This document shows, piece by piece, positions 48,321-59,237 of a stretch of DNA of 64,000 nucleotides. Positions within the stretch are counted from its first letter, which is position 1; each line of letters opens with the position of its first letter. The notes beneath the pieces were generated by a model. It was not told the origin of the DNA. It did not search any database and worked only from the letters and a program-made list of their open reading frames with translations. The stretch comes from Propionibacteriales bacterium (GTDB lineage Bacteria > Actinomycetota > Actinomycetes > Propionibacteriales > Nocardioidaceae). The stretch covers positions 10,946 to 74,945 of the forward strand of contig JBBSOR010000003.1 of NCBI GenBank assembly GCA_038259535.1, given 5' to 3'. The position numbers and the translations under genes are program-made.

Positions 48321-49439
48321 ATGCATCGGGGCCGTCGCGACAGTGTCGCCTTCACCGTGGTGGTGGGCGTCCTCGTCCTGCTCGGTGGCCTCGCCATGGC
48401 TCTGGTGGTCGGCCTGTCCGGCGCACCGGGCTCCCTCGCCCTCGCGGCCGTGCTGGCAGCGGTGCCGGTCGGCCCCCTGGTCGGTTGCTTCATGTGGCTG
48501 GACCGCTACGAGCCCGAGCCGCGCCACCTCCTCGTGGCCGGCCTGCTGTGGGGAGCCTTCGTGGCCACCGCGGCTGCGCTGGTCTTCCAGGGCATCGGCC
48601 TGGCCGGCGGAGCCACCGAGCGCGACAGCCTCGCCGTTGTCGCCCCGATCACCGAGGAGCTCACCAAGGGGGCGTTCCTCCTGCTGCTCCTGTGGTGGCG
48701 GCGCCACGAGCTCGACGGTGTGCTGGACGGCATCGTCTACGCCGGCATGGTCGGCATCGGCTTCGCCTTCACCGAGAACATCCTCTACCTCGCGGCCGCC
48801 TACGACGGCACCGACGGCCTGGGCCCCGGCGGCACCACGGCCCTGACCGGCACCTTCATCCTCCGCTGCCTGATCAGCCCCTTCGCGCATCCCTTCTTCA
48901 CGGTGTTCACCGGCATCGGGGTGGGCCTGGCGATCGCCTCGCGGCGCCTGTGGCTCCGGGTGCTGGCGCCGCTCGCCGGCTTCGCGGTTGCCGCCCTGCT
49001 GCACGGGCTGTGGAACGCCTCGACCCTGTCGGGCACCGGCCACTTCTTCCTCGTCTACGGCACGCTGATGCTACCCGCCTTCCTGGGCGTCGTGGTGTTC
49101 GCGGTCTACCGCCGACGCTCCGAGCGCCCGCTGCTGGTCGCTGCCCTGCAGGACGCTGCAGACCGCGGGTTGCTGCCCGCCACCGACATCCCGTGGCTGG
49201 TCGACCTGCGTGCCCGGCGTCACGCCCGGCGCTGGGCGCGCGAGCACGGCGGGGCGCAGGCCGAGCGCGGGATGCGCGACTACCAGGCCGCCGCGATCGA
49301 GCTGGGCTACCTCCACCACCGCTACCTGCGCGGCACCGCTCCCGGCGACTTCGGCGTCCGCGGCCAGGAGCACGTCGAGCAGCTGAGCAGGATCCGCCCC
49401 TGCATCTCCTTCCCCGGACAGGTGGTACCCACCCGATGA
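48321..49439 (+). CDS. PrsW family intramembrane metalloprotease
   Basis: DRYEPEP, APITEELTKG, GFAFTEN, AHP, LHGLWN. Confidence 0.92.
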   Translation: MHRGRRDSVAFTVVVGVLVLLGGLAMALVVGLSGAPGSLALAAVLAAVPVGPLVGCFMWLDRYEPEPRHLLVAGLLWGAFVATAAALVFQGIGLAGGATERDSLAVVAPITEELTKGAFLLLLLWWRRHELDGVLDGIVYAGMVGIGFAFTENILYLAAAYDGTDGLGPGGTTALTGTFILRCLISPFAHPFFTVFTGIGVGLAIASRRLWLRVLAPLAGFAVAALLHGLWNASTLSGTGHFFLVYGTLMLPAFLGVVVFAVYRRRSERPLLVAALQDAADRGLLPATDIPWLVDLRARRHARRWAREHGGAQAERGMRDYQAAAIELGYLHHRYLRGTAPGDFGVRGQEHVEQLSRIRPCISFPGQVVPTR

Positions 49440-51226
49440 GCGAGCCCGAGGTGGACCCGACGCCGTTCCCCGGCAGTCGGGTGACGGACGCCACCAACGC
49501 GATGGTCACCGCGCTGGTGCGCCTGCGCGGAGCGCTCCAGGAGACGCGGTTGCCGCTCGAGCTGCCGGGAGCCGATGACCAGCGCACCGCGCGCGCCGAG
49601 ATGGTCGACCAGCTCGAGGACTACGTCATCCCGCGGCTGATGACCCTCGACGCACCGCTGCTCGCCGTCGTCGGCGGCTCGACCGGAGCCGGCAAGTCGA
49701 CGCTCGTCAACTCCCTCGTCGGCACCCGAGTCACCCTGCCCGGCGTCCTGCGCCCGACGACCCGGTCCCCGGTGCTGGTGCACCACCCCGACGACGCGAA
49801 GTGGTTCGGCCAGGACCGGCTGCTGCCCGAGCTCGAGCGTGTCACCCGGCAGACCAACGACCCCGAGGCCCTGCAGCTCGTGGCCTCGCCCGCGATGACG
49901 CCGGGGCTCGCCATCCTCGACGCCCCCGACATCGACTCGGTCGAGGAGCGCAACCGGGTGCTCGCCGCCCAGCTGCTCGCCGCCGCCGACCTCTGGCTGT
50001 TCGTCACCTCGGCCGCGAGGTACGCCGACCAGGTGCCGTGGGACTTCCTGCGCAAGGCCGCGGAGCGCTCCGCGGCGGTCGCGATCGTGCTCGACCGCAC
50101 CCCGGCCGATGCGGTCGGGACCATCTCGACGCACCTCGCCCGGATGCTGGCCAGCCGCGGACTCAAGGACTCCCCGCTCTTCACCGTCGAGGAGGGCCCG
50201 GTCTCCGAGATGGGTCTGCTCCAGTCGTCCGCGGTGATCGAGATCCGGCAGTGGCTCCAGGCCCTGGCCGACGACCAGGAGGCGCGCGGCGCGGTCGTCC
50301 AGCAGACCCTGGACGGCGCCATCCGCACGTTGGCGCGTCGTACGCACACCGTGGCGGATGCCGCGACCGAGCAGACCGACGCCGTACGCCGCCTGCGAGA
50401 GGACGCCAACGAGGCCTACGACCGGGCGGTCACCTCGGTCGCGGAGGCCTCCGCCGACGGCACCCTGCTGCGCGGCGAGGTGCTGGCCCGCTGGCAGGAG
50501 TTCGTCGGCACCGGCGAGCTGCTCAGGACGCTGGAGACCAAGGTCGGCTGGCTCCGCGACCGCGTGGTCAACGCCGTCAAGGGCAAGCCGCAGCAGGCCG
50601 AGCGGGTCACCGTCGCGGTCGAGTTGGGCCTCGAGACGCTCGTGCTGGAGCACGCCGAGGCCGCCGCCGAGCGCGTCGAGGCGTCGTGGCGCGGCACCGC
50701 CGCCGGCCAGATCCTGCTCCGCGACGCCGGAGAGGACCTCGGCCGGGCCTCACGCGACTTCCGCCGCCGGACCGAGCGGGCGGTGCGCGACTGGCAGTCC
50801 GACGTGCTCGAGATGGTCCGGACCGAGGGCGCCGACAAGCGCTCGACAGCGCGGTTCCTCGCCTTCGGCGTCAACGGCCTCTCCGTGGCCCTGATGGTGG
50901 TCGTCTTCGCCCACACGGCCGGAGTCACCGGTGCCGAGGCAGGCATCGCGGGCGGGTCCGCGGTGCTGGGTCAGAAGCTGCTCGAGGCGGTCTTCGGCGA
51001 CCAGGCCGTCCGGTCCCTGGCCGCGCGTGCCAAGCGCCAGCTCGAGGTGTCCGTCAGCGAGCTGCTCGACGTCGAGCGTCGTCGCTACACCGAGCTGCTC
51101 GACAGCCTCCAGATCTCCCCCGAGGCGCCCGATCGACTGCGCGCCGCGGCCCGCAAGGTCGACGACCTGCGCTATGCCGCAACCCACACGCCCGTGGTTT
51201 CGGAGAGGGATGACAGCGCCCCTTAG
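49436..51226 (+). CDS. Dynamin-like GTPase
   Basis: GGSTGAGKST, RPTT, DAPDIDS, SAARYAD; helical stalk with hydrophobic paddle; ATGA overlap with prsW. Confidence 0.85.
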   Translation: MSEPEVDPTPFPGSRVTDATNAMVTALVRLRGALQETRLPLELPGADDQRTARAEMVDQLEDYVIPRLMTLDAPLLAVVGGSTGAGKSTLVNSLVGTRVTLPGVLRPTTRSPVLVHHPDDAKWFGQDRLLPELERVTRQTNDPEALQLVASPAMTPGLAILDAPDIDSVEERNRVLAAQLLAAADLWLFVTSAARYADQVPWDFLRKAAERSAAVAIVLDRTPADAVGTISTHLARMLASRGLKDSPLFTVEEGPVSEMGLLQSSAVIEIRQWLQALADDQEARGAVVQQTLDGAIRTLARRTHTVADAATEQTDAVRRLREDANEAYDRAVTSVAEASADGTLLRGEVLARWQEFVGTGELLRTLETKVGWLRDRVVNAVKGKPQQAERVTVAVELGLETLVLEHAEAAAERVEASWRGTAAGQILLRDAGEDLGRASRDFRRRTERAVRDWQSDVLEMVRTEGADKRSTARFLAFGVNGLSVALMVVVFAHTAGVTGAEAGIAGGSAVLGQKLLEAVFGDQAVRSLAARAKRQLEVSVSELLDVERRRYTELLDSLQISPEAPDRLRAAARKVDDLRYAATHTPVVSERDDSAP

Positions 51227-51265
51227 TGTTGAGTGAAGAAATCCACCCACGGCCGTGAGGGAGTC

Positions 51266-52921
51266 ATGACGTCGTTGCTCGAAGGTGCCAAGAAGCTGGT
51301 CACCAGGAGCTCTGACATCGGCGCCCGCGTCGAGGGACTCGAGCGTGCCGCCGCTGCGGCCCGCGGTCGGGTCGACGACGCGATCGCCGACGACGCGGCG
51401 GCAGTGGCCGCCCGCGCCGCCGGCCGGCTCAAGCTCTCCGCCGACCACACCGTCGTCGCGCTCGCCGGCGCCACCGGGTCGGGCAAGTCCTCGACCTTCA
51501 ACGCCCTCAGTGGCCTCGAGCTGGCCGCGGTGGGCGTGCGTCGCCCCACCACGTCGTGGGCCACCGCCTGCGTCTGGGGCAAGGAGGGCGCCGAGGAGCT
51601 GCTCGAGTGGCTCGGCATCCCGGCCCGCCACCAGGTCACCCGCGACTCGATGTTGTCCCAGGCCGACGAGGACGTCGAGATGCGCGGAGTCGTGCTGCTC
51701 GACCTGCCCGACCACGACTCCACCGAGGTCTCGCACCACCTCGAGGTCGACCGCCTGGTCCAGCTCGCCGACATGCTGGTGTGGGTGCTCGACCCGCAGA
51801 AGTACGCCGACGCCGCGATCCACGACCGCCTCCTCAAGCCGCTCGCCGGTCACCGTGACGTGATGCTGGTCGTGCTCAACCACATCGACACCGTCCCCGA
51901 GGACCGCCGCACCGCGATGCTCGACGACGTGCGCCGCCTCCTCGACGCCGACGGCCTCGCCGGGGTGCCGGTGCTGGCGGTCAGCGCCCGGCACGAGGTG
52001 GGCATCGCCGAGCTCCGGGGCATGATCGCCCAGCGCGTGGCGGCCAAGAAGGTGACCCGCTCCCGGCTCGAGGCCGACGTGAGGTCCGCGGCGCAGCGCC
52101 TGCAGGACGCAACGGGCAGCGGCAAGGCCCCGACCCTGTCGAAGGAGCGGGTGGCCGCCCTCGACGACGCCTTCGCCGACGCCGCCGGGGTCCCGACGGT
52201 CGTCAAGGCCGTCGCCGACTCGACCCGGCTGCGGGCCAACCGCGCCACCGGATGGCCGGTCACCGCGTGGTTCTCCCGCCTCAAGCCCGATCCGCTCAAG
52301 CGCCTGCACCTCGATCTCGGCGCGTCCGGCAAGGAGCTGACCAGCGCCTCACGCACCTCGGTCCCGAAGGCCACCGGCGTCCAGCGCGCCCGCGTCGACA
52401 CCGAGGTGCGCTCCCTGGCCGACCAGGTCGGCGAGTCGATGGCGCCCTCGTGGGCCCATGCGGTGCGCGCCGCCTCGGTCTCACGCCTGCCCGACCTCAA
52501 CGACCGCCTCGACCGCGCCGTGGCGTCCACCGACCTCGGCGCCGAGCGGATCCCGATCTGGGCGGGGCTGGTGCGGCTCCTGCAGTACGTCCTCATCATC
52601 TCCGCGCTGCTCGGTGCGGGGTGGCTCGCGCTGCTGGCCTTCGGCTCCTACGCGCGCCTGCCCGAGCCGCCGACGCCCGAGGTGGGCGCCTTCCCGCTCC
52701 CCACCCTCCTGCTGCTCGGCGGGGTGGGCCTCGGCCTGCTCCTCGCGCTGGTGTGCCGCTGGCTGGTCGCGCGCACCGCGAAGTCGCGGGCTCGCGCCGC
52801 TGACAGGCGCCTGCGTGAGGCCATCTCGGAGGTCTCCGCCGAGGTGGTCGTGGCGCCGATCCGGGCCGAGCTGGCGTCCTACGCCGAGGTGCGCGAGGGC
52901 CTGGCCACGGCCCTGCGCTGA
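51266..52921 (+). CDS. Second dynamin-like GTPase with C-terminal TM hairpin
   Basis: GATGSGKSS, RPTT, DLPDHDS, DPQKYAD, NHID; two TM segments. Confidence 0.85.
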   Translation: MTSLLEGAKKLVTRSSDIGARVEGLERAAAAARGRVDDAIADDAAAVAARAAGRLKLSADHTVVALAGATGSGKSSTFNALSGLELAAVGVRRPTTSWATACVWGKEGAEELLEWLGIPARHQVTRDSMLSQADEDVEMRGVVLLDLPDHDSTEVSHHLEVDRLVQLADMLVWVLDPQKYADAAIHDRLLKPLAGHRDVMLVVLNHIDTVPEDRRTAMLDDVRRLLDADGLAGVPVLAVSARHEVGIAELRGMIAQRVAAKKVTRSRLEADVRSAAQRLQDATGSGKAPTLSKERVAALDDAFADAAGVPTVVKAVADSTRLRANRATGWPVTAWFSRLKPDPLKRLHLDLGASGKELTSASRTSVPKATGVQRARVDTEVRSLADQVGESMAPSWAHAVRAASVSRLPDLNDRLDRAVASTDLGAERIPIWAGLVRLLQYVLIISALLGAGWLALLAFGSYARLPEPPTPEVGAFPLPTLLLLGGVGLGLLLALVCRWLVARTAKSRARAADRRLREAISEVSAEVVVAPIRAELASYAEVREGLATALR

Positions 52922-53080
52922 GCCTCCACCGGAGCGAGGCGGGCCGCTCGCCGTCCACAGCGTGGCCCGAAGGCGGGTTGTCCACAGGACCCGCGCCGCT
53001 GGGCCGGGTGTGTCGGTCGCCGTGCCGAGCCTTGTGGTGAGCGCGGCGGACCCACCGCTGCCGACACCAGGAGATGCGCG

Positions 53081-53455
53081 ATGTTCGACACCCAGATCAC
53101 CTTGACCGGCTGGATCGGCGGCGACGTCACGCTGCGCGAGGTCGCGGCGGGACGTCAGGTCGCCTCGTTCCGCGTGGGCTGCACCCCGACCCGCCGCCGC
53201 GACGGCGAGTGGGTCAGGGGCAGCACGTCGTGGCACACCGTCACGGTGTGGAACCGGCTGGCCCGCCACGTCGCCGCCTCCCTGCACAACGGCGACCCCG
53301 TCGTCGTCCACGGCCGACTGGTCGCCGACCTCTGGGAGCGCGACGGCAAGCCGCAGACGTCCTTCGAAGTGGTCGCCACGTCTGTCGGGCACGACCTGGC
53401 CCACGGCACGACGACGTTCACCAAGCCGGTGGCCGTCGAGGTGCGGGCCGCCTAG
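53081..53455 (+). CDS. ssb: Single-stranded DNA-binding protein paralog (no acidic tail)
   Basis: OB fold with ASFRVG, WHTVTVW, GDPVVVHGRL, VGHDL. Confidence 0.85.
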   Translation: MFDTQITLTGWIGGDVTLREVAAGRQVASFRVGCTPTRRRDGEWVRGSTSWHTVTVWNRLARHVAASLHNGDPVVVHGRLVADLWERDGKPQTSFEVVATSVGHDLAHGTTTFTKPVAVEVRAA

Positions 53456-53512
53456 ACCGAGGGTGGGGGCGCGATTGTCGGCGCAGGTGCGCAGACCCGT
53501 AGGCTCGCCCGC

Positions 53513-55195
<1,683 letters not shown>

Positions 55196-55217
55196 TCCGG
55201 GTGGAGGGCCGCGCCGA

Positions 55218-55709
55218 CTACGTGCGGAGCTCCGACTCGGGGTGCCGTGTGACCAGGTGGTCGGCGATGGTGTCGAAGACGCGCCCCACGGCCGCGAAGT
55301 CGGCCTCGGGCACGAGGTCGACCACGTTGCGCCGCACGCTCTCGACGTGGCACGGAGCGGCCTTGACCAGGAGCGCGTAGCCCGTCTCGGTCATGGTCGC
55401 GATGACCCCACGACCGTCCTCCGGGGTGGTGCCGCGGGTGACGTAGCCGGCCGCCTCCATCCGGGCGACCGTGTGCGTGACCCGACTGCGGGAGTGGGCC
55501 ATGGCATCGGCCAGCTGGGCCATCCGCATCGCCCGGCCGGGGCGCTCGGAGAGGCGCACCAGCACCTCGTACTCGTTGAGCGACATGCTGAACTCACGTC
55601 GCAGGTCGTCGTCGAGACGTTCCAGCAGCAGCGTCATGCCCATCATCAGGGCGCGCCACGAATGCTGCTGGGAGTCGTCGAGCCAGCGAGGTTCCCCCGT
55701 CACGGTCAT
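55218..55709 (-). CDS. MarR family transcriptional regulator
   Basis: WLDDSQQHSWR, EYEVLVRLSE, SRSRVTHTV, DGRG. Confidence 0.9.
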   Translation of the reverse strand: MTVTGEPRWLDDSQQHSWRALMMGMTLLLERLDDDLRREFSMSLNEYEVLVRLSERPGRAMRMAQLADAMAHSRSRVTHTVARMEAAGYVTRGTTPEDGRGVIATMTETGYALLVKAAPCHVESVRRNVVDLVPEADFAAVGRVFDTIADHLVTRHPESELRT

Positions 55710-55756
55710 GGCGCCAGCCTAGTTGGAACCCCCGTGGCCGGGGGACCCGGTCGTGC

Positions 55757-56971
55757 TCAGCCCATGCGCTCCAGGATCATGGCCATGCCCTGGCCGCCGC
55801 CGACGCACATGGTGATGAGTCCGGTCGACTTGTCGTGCCAGTCGAGGCTGTTGAGCATCGTGTTCTGGAGGCGCGCGCCGGTCATGCCGAAGGGGTGGCC
55901 GACCGCGATCGCGCCGCCGTTGACGTTGAGCCGGTCGAGGTCGATGCCGAGGTCCTGGTAGGACGGCACGACCTGGGCCGCGAAGGCCTCGTTGATCTCG
56001 ACGAGGTCGATGTCGCCGATGCTCATCTGGGCGTACTTCAGGGCGTTCCTGGTCGCCTCGACGGGGCCGAGGCCCATGATCTCGGGGGAGAGGCCCGAGA
56101 CTCCGGTGGACACGATGCGGGCCAGTGGCGTGAGGCCGAGCTCGGCAGCCTTGGCGTCCGACATGATCACGACAGCGGCGGCGCCGTCGTTGAGCGCACA
56201 GCAGTTGCCGGCGGTGACGACGCCGTCCGGGCGGAAGACCGGGTCGAGGCCGGCGATGGCGTCGTAGGTCACCCCAGCGCGGGGGCCGTCGTCCTGGGCG
56301 ACGACCGAGCCGTCGGCGAGCGTGACCGGGGTGATCTCGCGCGCCCAGAAGCCGTCGGCGATCGCCTTCTCGGCGAGGTTCTGCGAGCGGACCGCGAACT
56401 CGTCGAGCTCGCGGCGGTCCAGGCCGCGCATGCGGGCGACGTTCTCGGCCGTTTGGCCCATCGCGACGTAGATGTCGGGGAGGTGGCCGTCCTCGCGCGG
56501 GTCGTGCCAGTCCCGGCCGCCCTTGGCGTACTCGTCGGTGCGCGCCTCGGCGTCCTCGAAGAGCGGGTTGCGCGTGCCGGGGATGTGGTCGGAGGTGCCC
56601 TTGGCGAACCGCGAGACGGTCTCCACGCCGGCCGAGACGAAGATGTCGCCCTCGCCCGCCTTGATGGCGTGGAAGGCCATCCGGCTGGTCTGCACCGAGG
56701 AGGAGCAGTAGCGGGTGATGGTCGCGCCGGGCACCTCGAGGCCCAGGAGGGTGGTGACCACGCGCGCCATGTTGTTGCCCGACTCGCCGCCGGGCAGGCC
56801 GCAGCCGAGCAGCAGGTCCTCGATGGTGGCCGGGTCGAGGTCGGGGATCTTGTCGAGTGCGGCCTGCACGATGAGGGCGGTGAGGTCGTCGGGTCGGAAG
56901 TCCTTGAGCGAGCCCTTGTTGGCGCGGCCGATGGGGGAGCGTGCTGCGGAAACGATCACTGCCTCGGGCAT
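55757..56971 (-). CDS. Acetyl-CoA C-acetyltransferase (thiolase)
   Basis: RYCSSS, INEAFA, GHPFGMTG, MCVGGG. Confidence 0.95.
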   Translation of the reverse strand: MPEAVIVSAARSPIGRANKGSLKDFRPDDLTALIVQAALDKIPDLDPATIEDLLLGCGLPGGESGNNMARVVTTLLGLEVPGATITRYCSSSVQTSRMAFHAIKAGEGDIFVSAGVETVSRFAKGTSDHIPGTRNPLFEDAEARTDEYAKGGRDWHDPREDGHLPDIYVAMGQTAENVARMRGLDRRELDEFAVRSQNLAEKAIADGFWAREITPVTLADGSVVAQDDGPRAGVTYDAIAGLDPVFRPDGVVTAGNCCALNDGAAAVVIMSDAKAAELGLTPLARIVSTGVSGLSPEIMGLGPVEATRNALKYAQMSIGDIDLVEINEAFAAQVVPSYQDLGIDLDRLNVNGGAIAVGHPFGMTGARLQNTMLNSLDWHDKSTGLITMCVGGGQGMAMILERMG

Positions 56972-57024
56972 GGAGAACTCCGGTTACTCGTCGGACACTG
57001 TCTTCGGGGCACTTTAGTCCGCGC

Positions 57025-57615
57025 CTAGGTCGCGTCCGCTCCCAGCCCGGCCAGCAGCTCCTCGACGCTGTCGCCGACGAACCGACGACGGCGGCGTGGG
57101 GGAAGCATGAGGGAGGCGAGCAGCACGCCGTCCAGCGCTGCCACGAGCGTCTCGGCCGACGCGCCGCCGTCCTTGCCGGCGCCGCTCATCACCCCACGCA
57201 CCATGGCCACGAGGTCCTCGCGCCACAGGGTGAACCGCTCGGCCAGCCCGGGGTCACGGGTCGCGGCGACGGTGAGCTCGAGTCGCGCCGCCAGCAGGTC
57301 GGGCTGGTCGAGCCAGCGGGAGAAGAGACGGGACACCTCGGCGACCGCCGCCTCGTGGTCCCCGGGACAGGTGGCGAGCCGGGTCCCGAGCGCGGACACG
57401 TCGGCGCCCAGCCGTTCGGCCACGAAGTCGCCGAGCGCTCCGAGGAGTGCGTCGCGGGAGCGGTAGTAGGCCGAGCAGCTTCCCTCCGACAGGCCGGCCT
57501 CGCGGTCGACCGCGCGGTGGGTGAGTCCGCGGTTGCCCTGCCTGGCCAGGACGGTGGTGGCCGCCGTGAGGATCTCGCGACGGCGGGGGGAGAGCTCCCC
57601 GGTCGCTGGGCCCAC
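57025..57615 (-). CDS. TetR family transcriptional regulator
   Basis: RRREILTAA...GLTHRAVDREAGLSEGSCSAYYRSRDALL; start uncertain (up to 57666). Confidence 0.88.
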   Translation of the reverse strand: MGPATGELSPRRREILTAATTVLARQGNRGLTHRAVDREAGLSEGSCSAYYRSRDALLGALGDFVAERLGADVSALGTRLATCPGDHEAAVAEVSRLFSRWLDQPDLLAARLELTVAATRDPGLAERFTLWREDLVAMVRGVMSGAGKDGGASAETLVAALDGVLLASLMLPPRRRRRFVGDSVEELLAGLGADAT

Positions 57616-57705
57616 GGTGCTGCCTCGCCTTCTGCCGCGCGTGTCGTAGGTGGTGACGCAGGACACTACCGGGCCGACTTGCCATGGCGGCGCGGCGGAG
57701 TATTC

Positions 57706-57738
57706 TTCTACATGCGTAGAAGTTCTACGTTTGTAGAA
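57706..57738. promoter_or_regulatory. Two adjacent TTCTAC-N4-GTAGAA operators (probable TetR sites)
   Basis: TTCTACATGCGTAGAA (57706-57721) and TTCTACGTTTGTAGAA (57723-57738); the second overlaps the SD GAAAGGA. Confidence 0.8.
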
Positions 57739-57749
57739 AGGAACCGATC

Positions 57750-57932
57750 ATGCAGCTCATCGACCCCACTGCCGCCCTCGCCCTCCTGGTCGTCGTCGGC
57801 ATCGCCGCCCTCGCCGCAGTCGCCCTTGCCGCGGTCGCGCTCCCCTCGACCCTCTCCGTGACCCGTCGCGACCGCCAGGACCGCCACGAGTCCATCCCGG
57901 CCTACTACGGTCGCCTGCACTTCGCCCACTGA
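57750..57932 (+). CDS. Small membrane protein (60 aa)
   Basis: Strong SD; one TM segment; tail RHESIPAYYGRLHFAH. Confidence 0.75.
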   Translation: MQLIDPTAALALLVVVGIAALAAVALAAVALPSTLSVTRRDRQDRHESIPAYYGRLHFAH

Positions 57933-57995
57933 GCGAGCGGGGCCCACGCCCCGATCTGCCACGCTCGCCCGATCCATCGTCTGCGACGATGGGGT

Positions 57996-58841
57996 GTGCG
58001 ACACCTCTACCGCTGCCCCCTCCGATGGGCCGACCTCGACCTCCTGGGGCACGTCAACAACGTCACCTACGTCGACTACCTCCAGGAGGCGCGGGTCGAC
58101 ATGTTCCGCACCCACGCCCCGGACAGTCGCGCGGACGACCTGGCCGAGGGCGTGGTGGTCGTGCGCCACGAGGTCACCTACGTCTCGTCGTTGACCTTCT
58201 CCTTCGAGCCGGTCGCGATCGAGTGCTGGGTCACCGAGATCCGTGCCGCGAGCTTCACGATGGCCTACGAGGTCTTCGCCGAGGACGAGGCCGGCGAGCG
58301 CACGGTCTACCTGCGCGCCCGCACCGTCTTGACGCCGTACGTCTTCGCCACCGAACGTCCGCGACGCCTCCACGCCGAGGAGAAGGCGTCGCTGTCCCGC
58401 CTCCTCGAACCGGACGCGCCCGTCCGCCCCCCGCAGCACCCCGACGTGGTCGAGGTGCCCGGTGGTGCGTACGCCGTCCACGTCCGCTTCAGCGACGTCG
58501 ACGTCTACGGCCACGTCAACAACGTGAAGTACTTCGAGTACTTCCAGGAGGCCCGGATCCAGCTGATGGTCGATCAGGGCCGCGAGCTCGGGGACGGCTA
58601 CCACCTCGTCGTCGCGCAGACCGACGTCGACTACAGGCGGCCGATCCTCTTCCGCCCGGAGCCCTACGACTGCCGGACGTGGGTCTCCCGGATCGGGAGC
58701 AGCTCGGTGGTCTTCGAGTCGGTGGTGCGCGACGGTGACCAGGTGCTGGCCCGGGCCCGCGTCGTCGGGGTGTGCATGGACAACGAGACTGGACGGCCGA
58801 CCCCGGTGCCGGACGCGTTCCGCGCCTTCGTCGCACGCTAG
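57996..58841 (+). CDS. Double hotdog acyl-CoA thioesterase
   Basis: RWADLDLLGHVNN and RFSDVDVYGHVNN. Confidence 0.9.
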   Translation: MRHLYRCPLRWADLDLLGHVNNVTYVDYLQEARVDMFRTHAPDSRADDLAEGVVVVRHEVTYVSSLTFSFEPVAIECWVTEIRAASFTMAYEVFAEDEAGERTVYLRARTVLTPYVFATERPRRLHAEEKASLSRLLEPDAPVRPPQHPDVVEVPGGAYAVHVRFSDVDVYGHVNNVKYFEYFQEARIQLMVDQGRELGDGYHLVVAQTDVDYRRPILFRPEPYDCRTWVSRIGSSSVVFESVVRDGDQVLARARVVGVCMDNETGRPTPVPDAFRAFVAR

Positions 58842-58859
58842 CTCTCGTCGCCGGCGTCC

Positions 58860-59237
58860 TCACTCCAGCGTGTTGACCATGAACTGGGCCGCGTGGGTCA
58901 CGTAGTCCCAGAACCGCTCGTCCTGCTCGGGCGTGAGGTCGGCCGCGTCGAGCCCGGCACGGAAGTGCACCAGCCAGCGCTGGGCGGCCGCGGGCGTGAC
59001 CTGGAAGGGCGCGTGCCGCATCCGCAGGCGCGGATGCCCGCGAGTGTCGCCGTAGGTCGTCGGGCCGCCCCAGTACTGGATGAGGAAGAGCGTGAAGCGC
59101 TCCTCGGCGGGCCCGAGGTCCTCCTCGGGGTACATCGGGCGCAACAGCTCGTCCGTCGCGACGCCTGCGTAGAAGCGATGGACGATGGTGCGGATCGTGT
59201 CGGCACCACCGATCTCGTCGAAGAACGTCGTGCTCAT
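58860..59237 (-). CDS. glbO: Group II truncated hemoglobin
   Basis: QYWGGPTTYGDTRGHPRLRMRHAPF. Confidence 0.93.
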   Translation of the reverse strand: MSTTFFDEIGGADTIRTIVHRFYAGVATDELLRPMYPEEDLGPAEERFTLFLIQYWGGPTTYGDTRGHPRLRMRHAPFQVTPAAAQRWLVHFRAGLDAADLTPEQDERFWDYVTHAAQFMVNTLE

